The translations under genes and the position numbers were made by a program. Positions 7,048 through 16,588 of a stretch of DNA of 64,000 nt are shown here, piece by piece. The notes below the pieces were generated by a model. That model saw only the letters and a list, made by a program, of their open reading frames with translations, searched no databases and was not told the origin of the DNA. Source of the stretch: an uncultured virus (IMG/VR IMGVR_UViG_2718217636_000001) (lineage: Duplodnaviria; Heunggongvirae; Uroviricota; Caudoviricetes); IMG/VR virus record IMGVR_UViG_2718217636_000001, one strand, 5' to 3'. Position 1 is the first letter of the stretch. Every line of letters begins with the position of its first letter.

Positions 7048-9803
7048 CAGCTCACTCCGTGCTGTCTCCACGCCCACACGTGCAGCAGCACGTTGAACGT
7101 CGTCCCTGACGCGGTCTCCGACGACCGCAGCGTGAACCCGGACGGCCCCGGCGACGCGATGTGGAACGCGAGCCGAGCCGGGACCGGGCTGTCGGCCGTG
7201 ATGTTGAGCCTCGGCGTGGACTGCAGCGTCACCGAGAACCCGACGAAGTACGACGACGCGGCACCGCCCGCCGCTGGCAGGCTCCGCCCGAACATGACCA
7301 GACCGGCGCCGGTCGCCTCGTATGTGAAGGTGCCCCGGAACGTCGTGTAGCCGCTGGCCGAGCTGCCGCCGCCGTTGGTGAACAGCCACCTGTTCAGGCG
7401 GCCCGCGATGTCGTTAAAGCCCACCTCCAGCTGGTCGGGCTGCGCGAACATGTAGCCGCCGCCGGCCAGGCCGTCCGAGGACTGCACCATGTGCATGCGC
7501 CACTCGTCGCCCTGTTGGATCACTTCGCTGCGGCGGGTGCCGTCCGTGCTCGTGCCTGAGTACAGGCGGATCGCGGCTTCGGTGTCGGTCCAGATGCGGG
7601 CGTAGTTGAGGCCCGCGCCTGGGTAGAAGCGGATCTCTGGGTCGCTCGCCCCGGCGGGGTTGACGACGATCCGCCGCCCGAGGACGCCGGTCGCGAGCTG
7701 CCCGATGATCGACACCGCGCCGGACGCCGACGAGATGGACACCGTCTGCTGCGACGACGCATCGAACGCCGCCAGCCCGTCCTCGTTGAGCTCCACCCGC
7801 GCCCCGGCCGGAGCCCCGGCCACGATCCGCGTGGCCAGAGTGAGCACCGCCTCCAGCTTGTCGGCCGTGACCGCGTTGGCGGCGATGTGGCCCGCCTCGA
7901 CCGCGCCCGCGTCGATCTTGTCGGCCGTGACCGCGTTCGCCACGATCGCGCCGGTCGTGATCGACTCGTCAGCGGCGTCGCCCTGCACGAGTTGCACCGC
8001 GGCGATGACCACGCTCGCGGACGGGGCCGACTCGTTCCCGGCGTGGTCGACGGCGGTCAGCCAGAACTCGCGCAGCGCGCCGTACGGCTGGCCGGTGACC
8101 ACGATCGACCCGGCCGCCTGCAGATACCCGACTTCGGCCGCGCCGGGGTTGAGCGGGTCCTGCATCCACACCCGCGCCCGGTGGAAGTCGGCCGGCATCG
8201 GCTCTCCGCCGTCGCCGAGGCCGTCCCATTCGACGTGGATCACGCCCAGCCGGGTCGTGAGCGTCGGCGCGGACGGCACGGGCGGCGGGGTGACGTCATC
8301 CGGGATGAGCACCGCGTACTCGTCGGAGAAGTCGCCCCTGACGCCTTGCGAGGTGGCGCGCACCTTGAAGGCGTACTCCTCGCCGACGAGCAGCGGGGAG
8401 AAGGTCGCCGTGGTGTCGTCCGGCTCGGTGGTGGCCACCAGGAACCACGGCGCGCCGACCACGTTCTCCCGCATGAACAGCTCGTAGGAGTCGATGTCGA
8501 CCGCCTCGCCGTTCACGTCCAGGAGCACCGGCCCCCACGTGGCGGTGATCTGGCCCTGCGCGTGCCCGGTCGCGTCCACGTACGCGATCGGGTCCACGAT
8601 CAGCCCCTCCGGGGCCGCCGCTGTGCGGCCGCGCGGCGTGGGCGGGGCGGGCTGCGCGCCGGACCCTCCCGAGGCGGTGGAGCCGCCGACGATGCCCGCG
8701 GTGCGGCGGGCGAGCCTGATCGACTGCTCAAGGAAACGGTCATTGAGCACGACGTTTCCGCCGACCGTGCCCTTGTCGTCCTTGGTGAGGGTGATCTGCC
8801 GGACCCGCAGCGGCGCCAGCGTGCCGCCGCTCGCTGGGGCGATGATCTTGTCTCCGGGCTGGTAGTCCCGCCACGGCAGCCACCGCGCCCCATGCGGCGT
8901 GATTTCGCGGGTGTGCTGCACCCGCTCCTGGGCGGCGCGCAGCAGCGACCCCTCCGCGAGCAAGAACGCCGTCCCCTCATCGCTCACGCCGCCCTGCCCG
9001 ATGTAGTTCTCCCATCGGCCCCACGGCAGGACCGCGCTGGAGCCGTACGACTTGCGGAATCCTTCGTCGCCGACGATGAGCACGGCGTTCGCGGCGTCCT
9101 CCAGGGTGCCCGTGTCGGGGGCGTCGAACACGTCGCGGCCGAGCAGCAGGTCCACGCGCGGCGCGGCCGTACGGTCGCGAGCCAGCGCGCTGTCGGCGTT
9201 GTAGACGTGGAGCGTCCGGCCCTCCATGCGGAAGTCGATGACGGACTGCTCAGCGAGGTTGATCAGCGTCGTGAGCGCGTCCAGGCCCAGCTGGTAGTAG
9301 ATGGTCAGGATCTTCGCCCACGGCTGGCCAGCGCTGTCGTGAGTCGTGGTGAACGTCCAGTCGAGCGCGGGCAGCGCCCCCCGTGCCTGGGCCTCAGCAA
9401 GGAATGTCTGCAGGATGGTGCCAGGCGTCGCCGACGTGAACGCGCGCTTGCCGTCGACCAGCGGAGCGGGCCCGGGGAACAGCACGATCTTGCGGAGCTG
9501 CCAGCCATAGCCGGGCAGCTCGAACGTCTCGACGCCGGCCTCGTCGGTGACGTCCGTGCCGCGCTTGATCCGTAGGAACCGCGCGTCCGGCGACTCTGTC
9601 CACATCTGCCCGTCGTCCGTCCACTCCAACGCAATCTCGCAGGGCTGTGCGAGCAGCTGCGCGCCGAGGGTGTGGCGGCTGTACTGCAACGTCATCGCGG
9701 GCACGTCGTTCAGCGGATGCCCGACCTCGAAGGACAGCGGGTGCGGTAACAGGCCCAGACGCGGCCCGTTGGGAGCGAAGGCGACCAACCTAAGTTCGTA
9801 CAC
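7047..9803 (-). CDS. Tail tip/hub protein A (paralog of 3650-6460)
   Basis: 918 aa; RLVAFAPNGPRLGLLP, PWGRWE..GGVSDEGTA, YAFKVRA, VTADKI repeats. Confidence 0.8.
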   Translation of the reverse strand: MYELRLVAFAPNGPRLGLLPHPLSFEVGHPLNDVPAMTLQYSRHTLGAQLLAQPCEIALEWTDDGQMWTESPDARFLRIKRGTDVTDEAGVETFELPGYGWQLRKIVLFPGPAPLVDGKRAFTSATPGTILQTFLAEAQARGALPALDWTFTTTHDSAGQPWAKILTIYYQLGLDALTTLINLAEQSVIDFRMEGRTLHVYNADSALARDRTAAPRVDLLLGRDVFDAPDTGTLEDAANAVLIVGDEGFRKSYGSSAVLPWGRWENYIGQGGVSDEGTAFLLAEGSLLRAAQERVQHTREITPHGARWLPWRDYQPGDKIIAPASGGTLAPLRVRQITLTKDDKGTVGGNVVLNDRFLEQSIRLARRTAGIVGGSTASGGSGAQPAPPTPRGRTAAAPEGLIVDPIAYVDATGHAQGQITATWGPVLLDVNGEAVDIDSYELFMRENVVGAPWFLVATTEPDDTTATFSPLLVGEEYAFKVRATSQGVRGDFSDEYAVLIPDDVTPPPVPSAPTLTTRLGVIHVEWDGLGDGGEPMPADFHRARVWMQDPLNPGAAEVGYLQAAGSIVVTGQPYGALREFWLTAVDHAGNESAPSASVVIAAVQLVQGDAADESITTGAIVANAVTADKIDAGAVEAGHIAANAVTADKLEAVLTLATRIVAGAPAGARVELNEDGLAAFDASSQQTVSISSASGAVSIIGQLATGVLGRRIVVNPAGASDPEIRFYPGAGLNYARIWTDTEAAIRLYSGTSTDGTRRSEVIQQGDEWRMHMVQSSDGLAGGGYMFAQPDQLEVGFNDIAGRLNRWLFTNGGGSSASGYTTFRGTFTYEATGAGLVMFGRSLPAAGGAASSYFVGFSVTLQSTPRLNITADSPVPARLAFHIASPGPSGFTLRSSETASGTTFNVLLHVWAWRQHGVS

Positions 9804-9817
9804 GGTGACCTCTTCCG

Positions 9818-10723
9818 GTGCAAAGACAGCAGGAGGCGCGGGACACTGGGGTGGTGTCTAGTGCTCCCTCGGCCCCCGAGAACGGGGCATCACTACTCGA
9901 CCGGATCGAAGATGCGGCGCTGAACCCTAACGTCCCGCTCTCAGATGCCCTACGTGCATGTATTGCCTTGGGCGGCCGCGCAGGATCCGCCGCCCTCCGC
10001 GAATGGGCAGGCCGTGAGCTAAACGGTTACACGGGCAAGAAAGACCTGCCAGATTACCGAATCGTGCCAGCGTCGCTATATGTGGACCACACGAACCTAG
10101 GGGGATTCAACCGAATGCCTCAACGAGTTAGCCCACAGATGCTCAGACGGGACCTTCCCGAAGGTGTGCGCGAGGTGATCGACGAGGAGGTCCGCCTGCC
10201 CGACCCGATTAGAACTCTCGAAGGGCATGCCAACGGTCACGAGGACGATCTACGCTTCACCTTCGGCAACTCCGAGATGGTGGCACAGTTCCTTACCCGC
10301 CTCTGGCAGCAGCAAGGCGCAATTGCGTCGAATCAGGTTGTCGCAGCCATCTATTGGAAGCTCCCTCGTCCTGTGCTGCTTGGAGTGCTCGATCGAATCC
10401 GAACAGCTCTGGTCGTACTCGTGGCAGAACTTCGTGAGGCCACTCCCACAGGCCAAGAGGTCCCCTCTCCGACCGATACAGATAACGCGCTCAAGAAGGC
10501 GGTCGGAGATATCAAGATCGACGGTGACCACAACGTGGTAACCGTCCAGATGAGTGACTCAGGTGACATAACAGCCAAGATCAAGGACTCCCCGGACAAT
10601 GAAGGCGAAGCTACCAACCGAAAGGTGTGGTCTCTAGTAGGTTGGGGGATCGGAATTCTGGTCGCGATTGTGGGCGCTTATGCCGGCCTCGGCCAATGGT
10701 TGAACTGGCCAGCACCATGGTGA
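9818..10723 (+). CDS. AbiTii-like N-terminal domain protein with C-terminal TM helix (moron)
   Basis: LSDALRACIALG...LREWAGRELNGY...LPDYRIV; lower GC; opposite strand; start uncertain. Confidence 0.7.
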   Translation: MQRQQEARDTGVVSSAPSAPENGASLLDRIEDAALNPNVPLSDALRACIALGGRAGSAALREWAGRELNGYTGKKDLPDYRIVPASLYVDHTNLGGFNRMPQRVSPQMLRRDLPEGVREVIDEEVRLPDPIRTLEGHANGHEDDLRFTFGNSEMVAQFLTRLWQQQGAIASNQVVAAIYWKLPRPVLLGVLDRIRTALVVLVAELREATPTGQEVPSPTDTDNALKKAVGDIKIDGDHNVVTVQMSDSGDITAKIKDSPDNEGEATNRKVWSLVGWGIGILVAIVGAYAGLGQWLNWPAPW

Positions 10724-10736
10724 ACCTGCATCAAGG

Positions 10737-11609
10737 TCACAAGTAGGAGCGGCGCGCCCGGATCGCGAGAGCTGAAGCGACCGAGGTGCCCAATGCCGTA
10801 GCGTCGACCAGGACGGCCCGCGAGTGCGGATCACCAACCGCCATGGCCGGCGTCAGGTGCAGCCATCGGAACGCCGAGCCGGGGCCGGTCGCGTTGATGT
10901 CGCCGGTCACGTCCATCCCGCCGGTCTGGTCCCACGTGTCCGTCGTGACGATCGCCGCCGTCAGCTGGCCGCAGTCGATCAGCAGATGCTCCCCAACCTG
11001 CACCGTGCCGGTGTAGGCCACCGTCCCGCCGGTGGCCACGTCGCTCGCGGACGGCTGGACGGCGGGGCCAGTGATCCGCAGCATCGCGTCCACGATGGGG
11101 CCGGTGCTGCCCGCGAGCGGCGTGACGATCTGGCCCGCGCCCGGCACGGCTCCGGTCCACGTCGCGCCGGCCTCGTCCCGCCAGTACACCCCGGGCACCT
11201 TCACCACGGCGGTTAGCCTGGCTATGGCCGCGCCCGGGAAGTACTCCGGCTCGCTGACCGCCTCCACCATCACGTCGGCGACGCGGACGATCGTCCCCGT
11301 CACCCACTTCAGCGCCATGAGCCGGTGCCTCGTCCCGAGCAGCGCGCCGAGCGCCTCCAGGTTGTGCTCCATCTGCTGCGCCCCGCCGTCCACACCGGAC
11401 GGCGTGAACGGGTAGATGGTGAGCGCCAGCGCCAGCGTCGTTGCCTCGTGGTCCAGGCCCAGCACCGGCAGGTCACCCGCCCGGCCGGGCACGGACAGGT
11501 TCACCGACCGCAGCCCCGGCAGGGGGCGCCGCTTCGTGCCCTTCTTCAGGCGCCAGCACCCCGCCGGGTGGTCCAGGGGGACCCCGTCGAGGATGTACGT
11601 CGCGCCCAT
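10737..11609 (-). CDS. Distal tail protein (Dit-like)
   Basis: Follows tape measure; VPGRAG, PGVYW, GSTGPI motifs; about 290 aa. Confidence 0.7.
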   Translation of the reverse strand: MGATYILDGVPLDHPAGCWRLKKGTKRRPLPGLRSVNLSVPGRAGDLPVLGLDHEATTLALALTIYPFTPSGVDGGAQQMEHNLEALGALLGTRHRLMALKWVTGTIVRVADVMVEAVSEPEYFPGAAIARLTAVVKVPGVYWRDEAGATWTGAVPGAGQIVTPLAGSTGPIVDAMLRITGPAVQPSASDVATGGTVAYTGTVQVGEHLLIDCGQLTAAIVTTDTWDQTGGMDVTGDINATGPGSAFRWLHLTPAMAVGDPHSRAVLVDATALGTSVASALAIRARRSYL

Positions 11610-13807
11610 CACACCACCCCCATTGCGCTGGCCAGTTGCAGGCCGCGGTTGATCGTCTGCGAGCCCGGCTCAGCGACCGGGTTGATCACCGTCTGGTTGA
11701 TGACCACTCCCCCGCTGTGGCCCTGCCTGCCCACCGCGGCCGCCGCCGGCCTGAGCGACCCAGACAGGTCCGGGTTGAACGCGGTGGTGAGCTGCCCCGC
11801 GATGCTGCGGGCTGTGCGCATCACCTGCCCGGCCGACTTCTGCATGCCCTGCGCCATGCCGAGCATGGTGTAGCCGCCGATCTCCGCGAACACCCTGCTC
11901 GGACTGGAGATGCCGAGGGCCTGCCGCACCCAGTCCGGCATGATCGAGCTGAAGAAGCCGTACAGCGCGTTCTTCAGCCAGTCGTACATGGACTGGACGC
12001 CGGACCAGATGCCGGTCATGGCGGCCTGCCCGATGCCGGACATCACGGAACCGATGTCGCCGACCGCGCGCACCAGCCCGTCCGGCAGGTCCGCGAAGAA
12101 GCCGACCAGCGTGCCGCCGATCCACTTACCGATCCCCGTCACCATGTCCGGGATGATCGAGTGGCCGATCAGCACGTCGTACAGCCAGCCGAACAGCCTC
12201 GCGACGCTCTCCACCATCGCCGACACGATCGTGGTGACCACCTGCACGGCCGGGCCGAGCACGGTCGTCAGGGCCTGCGCCAGCACACCCACCATCGACA
12301 CGACGTGCGGCAGGACCGCGCTGGTCAGCTGCAGCAGCGGCGGCAGGAGCGGCATCACCGCCTGGAAGATCTGGATGAACGCGCCCGCGAGCTGCATCAG
12401 CACCGGAGCGAGCACTGCCGCGAGCTGTACAGCTTGCGGCAGTATCTGCGCGCTGAACTGGGTCAGCATCGGCAACAGCGGAGCCACGGTCGGCAGCAGC
12501 GAGGAGAACGTCTGGACGAACTGCAGCAGCGTGGGCGTCAGGTCGAGCAGCGCCTTCATCAACTGCGCGCCGAACAACACCACGACCTGCGACAGCACAG
12601 GCAGGATCGGCGAGATCGCCCGGATCATGATGCCGAGGGCCTGCACCAGGACGCCGCCGAGGATCGTCGCGACCTGCCCGACCAGCGGCAGCAGCGGAGC
12701 CAGCGCCGGAACCAGCGCGGACGCGATCTGCACCACCAGGTCCACCAGCGGGCCGACCAACGGCACCAGGGCGAGCAGCAGCGCGCCGAACGCGGCGGCG
12801 ACCTGCCCGACGACCGGCTGCAGCCGGACCAGCGCCGACGACAGCACCCCGGACAGGATCTGCACGACCTGCACGATCACCGGCATCAACGTCGTCGCGA
12901 GCACGGCCGCCAGCTGCAGCAGCGGCGACAGCAGCGGAAGCACCGCGCCAGCGAGCTGGGCGACGCTGCCCAGCAGCATGGACGCCGCCGGGGTGACGGC
13001 GACGATCGCGGACAGCAGCGACCCGGCGAGGGCCTGCACGATCATCTGCAGCGCGGACAGGACGGGCCCCATGAGCTGCGCCCCGACCTGCACCAGCCCG
13101 CCGATGAACGGCCCGAGGATCTGCAGGATGCCGCCGACCCCGATCACGAACTGCGCGAGCAAGCCGCTGTTCGCGGCGAACGCCGACGTGATCGGGGCGA
13201 GGAACGCCGCCACCTGGGCGGCGAAGGTACCCAGCGCCCCGGCGAGCTGCGACAGCATCGGGACGATCGCCCCGATGATCTGCTGCACGGCCGGGAGGAT
13301 CGGCACGAGCACGTGCACCAGCGCCGTGGTGAACTGCCCGATGAGCGGGCTGAGCTGCTGAAACATGGCCGCGAGCTGCGGCGCGATCATCGTGGTGAAG
13401 ATCGTCTGCAGGTTCCCGGCCAGCTGCACCAGCGGCTGCTCGAACGTCGCCGCAGCGGCCTTCAGGTGCATCCCCACGGTGGACGCCATCGCAGAGAACG
13501 CGAGCTGCACGTCCTCGCTTGTCGCCGCGGCGGCGATGCCGATCGCGGCGATCCCGCCGACCAGGCCGGCGAAGGCCCCGGCCGCGCCCACGGCGACGGC
13601 GGACGCGGCCACGCCGAGCCCGGCCATCGCCGTACCGGCCACCGTGGTGGCCAGCGAGATCGCGGCGCCCGTCTTCGCGACCCTGGCCGAGGCGTCGTCG
13701 AACTGACCGCTCATGGTGCGCAGCGCGACGACGGCCCGGCCCACGCCGGGGGTGAGGTTGTCCCGGAGGCTGATTGTGGCGAACAGGTCGCCGACGTTGA
13801 GCGCCAC
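11609..13807 (-). CDS. Tape measure protein 2
   Basis: 732 aa; MALNVGDLFATISLRD start, LxPLL amphipathic repeats, GISSPSRVFAEIG; own RBS GGGAGGTGA. Confidence 0.85.
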   Translation of the reverse strand: MALNVGDLFATISLRDNLTPGVGRAVVALRTMSGQFDDASARVAKTGAAISLATTVAGTAMAGLGVAASAVAVGAAGAFAGLVGGIAAIGIAAAATSEDVQLAFSAMASTVGMHLKAAAATFEQPLVQLAGNLQTIFTTMIAPQLAAMFQQLSPLIGQFTTALVHVLVPILPAVQQIIGAIVPMLSQLAGALGTFAAQVAAFLAPITSAFAANSGLLAQFVIGVGGILQILGPFIGGLVQVGAQLMGPVLSALQMIVQALAGSLLSAIVAVTPAASMLLGSVAQLAGAVLPLLSPLLQLAAVLATTLMPVIVQVVQILSGVLSSALVRLQPVVGQVAAAFGALLLALVPLVGPLVDLVVQIASALVPALAPLLPLVGQVATILGGVLVQALGIMIRAISPILPVLSQVVVLFGAQLMKALLDLTPTLLQFVQTFSSLLPTVAPLLPMLTQFSAQILPQAVQLAAVLAPVLMQLAGAFIQIFQAVMPLLPPLLQLTSAVLPHVVSMVGVLAQALTTVLGPAVQVVTTIVSAMVESVARLFGWLYDVLIGHSIIPDMVTGIGKWIGGTLVGFFADLPDGLVRAVGDIGSVMSGIGQAAMTGIWSGVQSMYDWLKNALYGFFSSIMPDWVRQALGISSPSRVFAEIGGYTMLGMAQGMQKSAGQVMRTARSIAGQLTTAFNPDLSGSLRPAAAAVGRQGHSGGVVINQTVINPVAEPGSQTINRGLQLASAMGVV

Positions 13808-13849
13808 GATGCCTCACCTCCCGAGGAACGTCCGTGGGCGGGAGAGAGG

Positions 13850-15850
13850 TCAGGACAGGAGGCCGACCGCTGCGGCGTACTGCAGGCCCCGGTTCATCGA
13901 CCGCGAGGTGGGTTCTGCCTGCGGGTAGTGGTTGTTGATCACCATGTGGATCTGGCGACCATCGCCACCGCCCCCGGCTCCGCCGCCTCCGGCCGGGACT
14001 GCCACGCGCGGCGGCGGCGCGGCCACGGGGACCTGCGGGGCGTACGTGAGCGGCCCTGGCGCGGCCTGCTGCAGCGTGGTGGACAGCCGCGCGGCCATCT
14101 GCTGCAAGCCCTTCTGCTTGCGTGCCATGCCGTTGATCAGGCCCTGCACGTTCTGCTGGCCGATCTCGGCGAACACCTTCGACGGGCTGGAGATGCCGAA
14201 GATGCCCTTCACCAGGTCAACCGCGCCCTTGGCGAGGTTCTTGATCGTGTCGACGAAGCTGTTCCACGCCGAGAGGAACCCGTCGCGGATGCCGGTCACC
14301 AGGTCCCGCCCAAGGGTCATCAGCTTCTCGAAGGCGTTCTTGATCGTCGTGGCGAAGGTCGTGACGCCCTTCTTGATCGTCTCGAAGGCGCCCGAGAAGT
14401 CGCCGGTCAGGAGCTTGGCGAACGCGGTCACGATGCTGATCAGCAGCGGCAGGATCGCCGTCGAGAGCTGGATCAGCGGCGGCAGGAAGGGGGTCACCGC
14501 CCCGACCACCTTGGCGAAGATCGTCGCCAGTAGCGTCAAGATCGGCGACAGAGCGTTGATCAGCTGCACCAGCGGCGGCAACAGGGCCTGAGCCAGCTGC
14601 GCAACCACCGGCAGCAGCGGCGTGATCGCGGGCAAGATCGCTGAGAAGGCGGACAGCAGCGCGCCCGCCAGAGCCGCCGCCACCTGCCCGACCAGGGGGA
14701 TGATCGGCGTGATCGCGGGGATGAGCTGCGACGCCAGCGTGCCCACCAGCTGAGCGATGGGCGGCAGCAGCGGCAGCACAGCGGTGATCAGCTGACCGAA
14801 CGCCGTAGCGATCTGCCCGACCACCGGCGTGAGCTGGACAAGCACCGGCTGCAGCGCGGCGACGATCGTCTGCGCCACCTGCGTCAGCACCGGCATCAGC
14901 GCGGTTGCCAGAGTTGCCGCGAGCTGCAGGATCGGCGGCAGAAGCGGGATCAGCGCAGCCACAATCCCGGCGAGCCCCGTGACGAGCTGGCCGATCACGG
15001 GCGCGATCTGGATCAGGACGGGACCGAGCTGCGCCGACAGGGTCGAAGCGATCAGCTGCAGGCCGGCCATCAGCGGCCCGGCCACGGTCCCGGCGAGCTG
15101 CACGAACGCGCCCAGCAGCGGCCCGAGCGCCTGCAGCAGGCCGCCGATCCCCGTGACCAGGGTCGCCAGCAGGCCGGAGTTCTGCGACAGCGCGGCCGAC
15201 ACCGGCTCCAGGAAGCCGGCGAGCTGGCCACCGAACTGGCCGAGACTCCCGGCCAGGACGGACAGCATCGGCGCGACCGCCGCCACGATGCCCGAGATGG
15301 CGGGCAGCAGCGGCCCGAGCATCTGCCCGAGCCCGCCCGTGAACTGCGTGACCAGCGGCGCGAGCTGCGTGAACATTCCCTGCAGCGCCGGAGCGATCTG
15401 GGAGGAGAACATGCCCTTGAGCTGGCCAGCAGCCGCGATCAGCGGCCCCTGGAAGACGCTCGCGGCGTCCGCCAGGTCGCTCTTCACCGACTCGCCGAGC
15501 CCGGCGAAGGCGGCCTTCACCTGCGGCGCGGCCATCGCCGCCGAGATGCCGAGCTTCGCGATGCCCGCCACAGCGCCCGCGAACGCCAGCGCCAGGCCGC
15601 CGCCCACCGCGACGCCGGCCGCGCCCACCCCGGCCAGCGCCACGCTGCTCTTGGCCCCGGCCGAGACGATCGCCTGGCCGCCCTTGGCGGCCGTGGACGC
15701 CATGCGGGTGGCGGCCAGGCCCGCGGCGATGAACGCGGCCTGGATGCCGGTCGCGTGAACCTTGATGCCAGCGGTGGCCTTGCCGAGCGGCCCCGTCATC
15801 TTGTCGCGCAGACTCAGGGTCGCGTACAGGTCACCGATCGACAGAGCCAC
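13850..15850 (-). CDS. Tape measure protein 1
   Basis: 666 aa; MALSIGDLYATLSLRD start, same repeats, GISSPSKVFAEIG; follows tail chaperones. Confidence 0.85.
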   Translation of the reverse strand: MALSIGDLYATLSLRDKMTGPLGKATAGIKVHATGIQAAFIAAGLAATRMASTAAKGGQAIVSAGAKSSVALAGVGAAGVAVGGGLALAFAGAVAGIAKLGISAAMAAPQVKAAFAGLGESVKSDLADAASVFQGPLIAAAGQLKGMFSSQIAPALQGMFTQLAPLVTQFTGGLGQMLGPLLPAISGIVAAVAPMLSVLAGSLGQFGGQLAGFLEPVSAALSQNSGLLATLVTGIGGLLQALGPLLGAFVQLAGTVAGPLMAGLQLIASTLSAQLGPVLIQIAPVIGQLVTGLAGIVAALIPLLPPILQLAATLATALMPVLTQVAQTIVAALQPVLVQLTPVVGQIATAFGQLITAVLPLLPPIAQLVGTLASQLIPAITPIIPLVGQVAAALAGALLSAFSAILPAITPLLPVVAQLAQALLPPLVQLINALSPILTLLATIFAKVVGAVTPFLPPLIQLSTAILPLLISIVTAFAKLLTGDFSGAFETIKKGVTTFATTIKNAFEKLMTLGRDLVTGIRDGFLSAWNSFVDTIKNLAKGAVDLVKGIFGISSPSKVFAEIGQQNVQGLINGMARKQKGLQQMAARLSTTLQQAAPGPLTYAPQVPVAAPPPRVAVPAGGGGAGGGGDGRQIHMVINNHYPQAEPTSRSMNRGLQYAAAVGLLS

Positions 15851-15905
15851 GGGTCACCTCCCCGGATAGTCGCTTGTCGCCAGCGGTATGGATTGCGTGA
15901 TCTGG

Positions 15906-16232
15906 TCAGCCGCGTACGCGGCGCGACCGGCTGGCCGCCTTGTCCGGGGGAGGGGCGAACTGGCGGGCCAGCCGCGTGTCAGCGGAGAGGAGGCCGACAA
16001 TCCGGGTGCGGAGCCACCGCCAGGAGCGGTGCTGCAGCAGGCCCGGCTCGTCGAGGTCGATCCCGTAGTGGCTGTGCAGGTCGGCCTCGATCAGGTCCCA
16101 GTGGGTCAGGAGCTTTTCCCACGTGATGTCCGAGCCTGCCGGGACCGGCTCGTACCACTCGTAGAGCCCCGTGACCGGGTCGTACTCGCCGCCGCCTCGG
16201 AGGCTGCCCGGTCCGGGGCCATGGCTTCCGGG
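15906..16232 (-). CDS. Tail assembly chaperone, frameshift-extended (gpT-like) part
   Basis: -1 frame relative to 16106-16585; WDLIEADLHSHYGIDL...SWRWLRTRIVGLL; 5' boundary set at the candidate shift site. Confidence 0.7.
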   Translation of the reverse strand, partial: PGSHGPGPGSLRGGGEYDPVTGLYEWYEPVPAGSDITWEKLLTHWDLIEADLHSHYGIDLDEPGLLQHRSWRWLRTRIVGLLSADTRLARQFAPPPDKAASRSRRVRG

Positions 16233-16585
16233 ACACCACCGGCGTCCCAGAAGCGCATCGCGGTGTCCAGGTCGGCCGCGATCCACAGGAACGCGGTCAC
16301 GCCGCAGTGCTTGATCTTCGGCCAGGACACCTTGTCGGCCACCAGCGCGTCATAGACCGGGCCGAGGCACCGCTTGTAGAGGTCGGTCTCCTCGTCGTCG
16401 TCCAGGTCGGCCAGGTCCGACAGGTCGGTCTGCTGGCCGGCCGCCGCCGCGACACCGGCCTGCATGAGCCTCTGGCACAGCAGGCCGGTTTCCGCGTCCG
16501 GCGCTGGGATGGTGTACTCGCTGCCGCTGACCGGCAGCGTGAGGGTGTCGTCGAAAAACTCGTCGAGGGCCTTGAGCTTCGCCAT
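16106..16585 (-). CDS. Tail assembly chaperone (gpG-like)
   Basis: Between tail tube and TMP; Ser/Arg-rich read-through tail. Confidence 0.75.
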   Translation of the reverse strand: MAKLKALDEFFDDTLTLPVSGSEYTIPAPDAETGLLCQRLMQAGVAAAAGQQTDLSDLADLDDDEETDLYKRCLGPVYDALVADKVSWPKIKHCGVTAFLWIAADLDTAMRFWDAGGVPEAMAPDRAASEAAASTTRSRGSTSGTSRSRQARTSRGKSS

Positions 16586-16588
16586 GAG

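Noticed and set aside
3650..9803. Diversity-generating retroelement or invertible tail switch
   Set aside because: No reverse transcriptase or invertase seen, the paralogs are direct and diverged throughout, and there is no adenine-specific TR/VR pair.
11609..15850. Single tape measure split by a stop or frameshift
   Set aside because: Each ORF has its own RBS and matching N- and C-terminal motifs.
16112..16122. GGGAAAA near chaperone end as the slippery site
   Set aside because: Wrong phase (GGG AAA in frame 0) and it lies inside the apparent gpT-like coding region.
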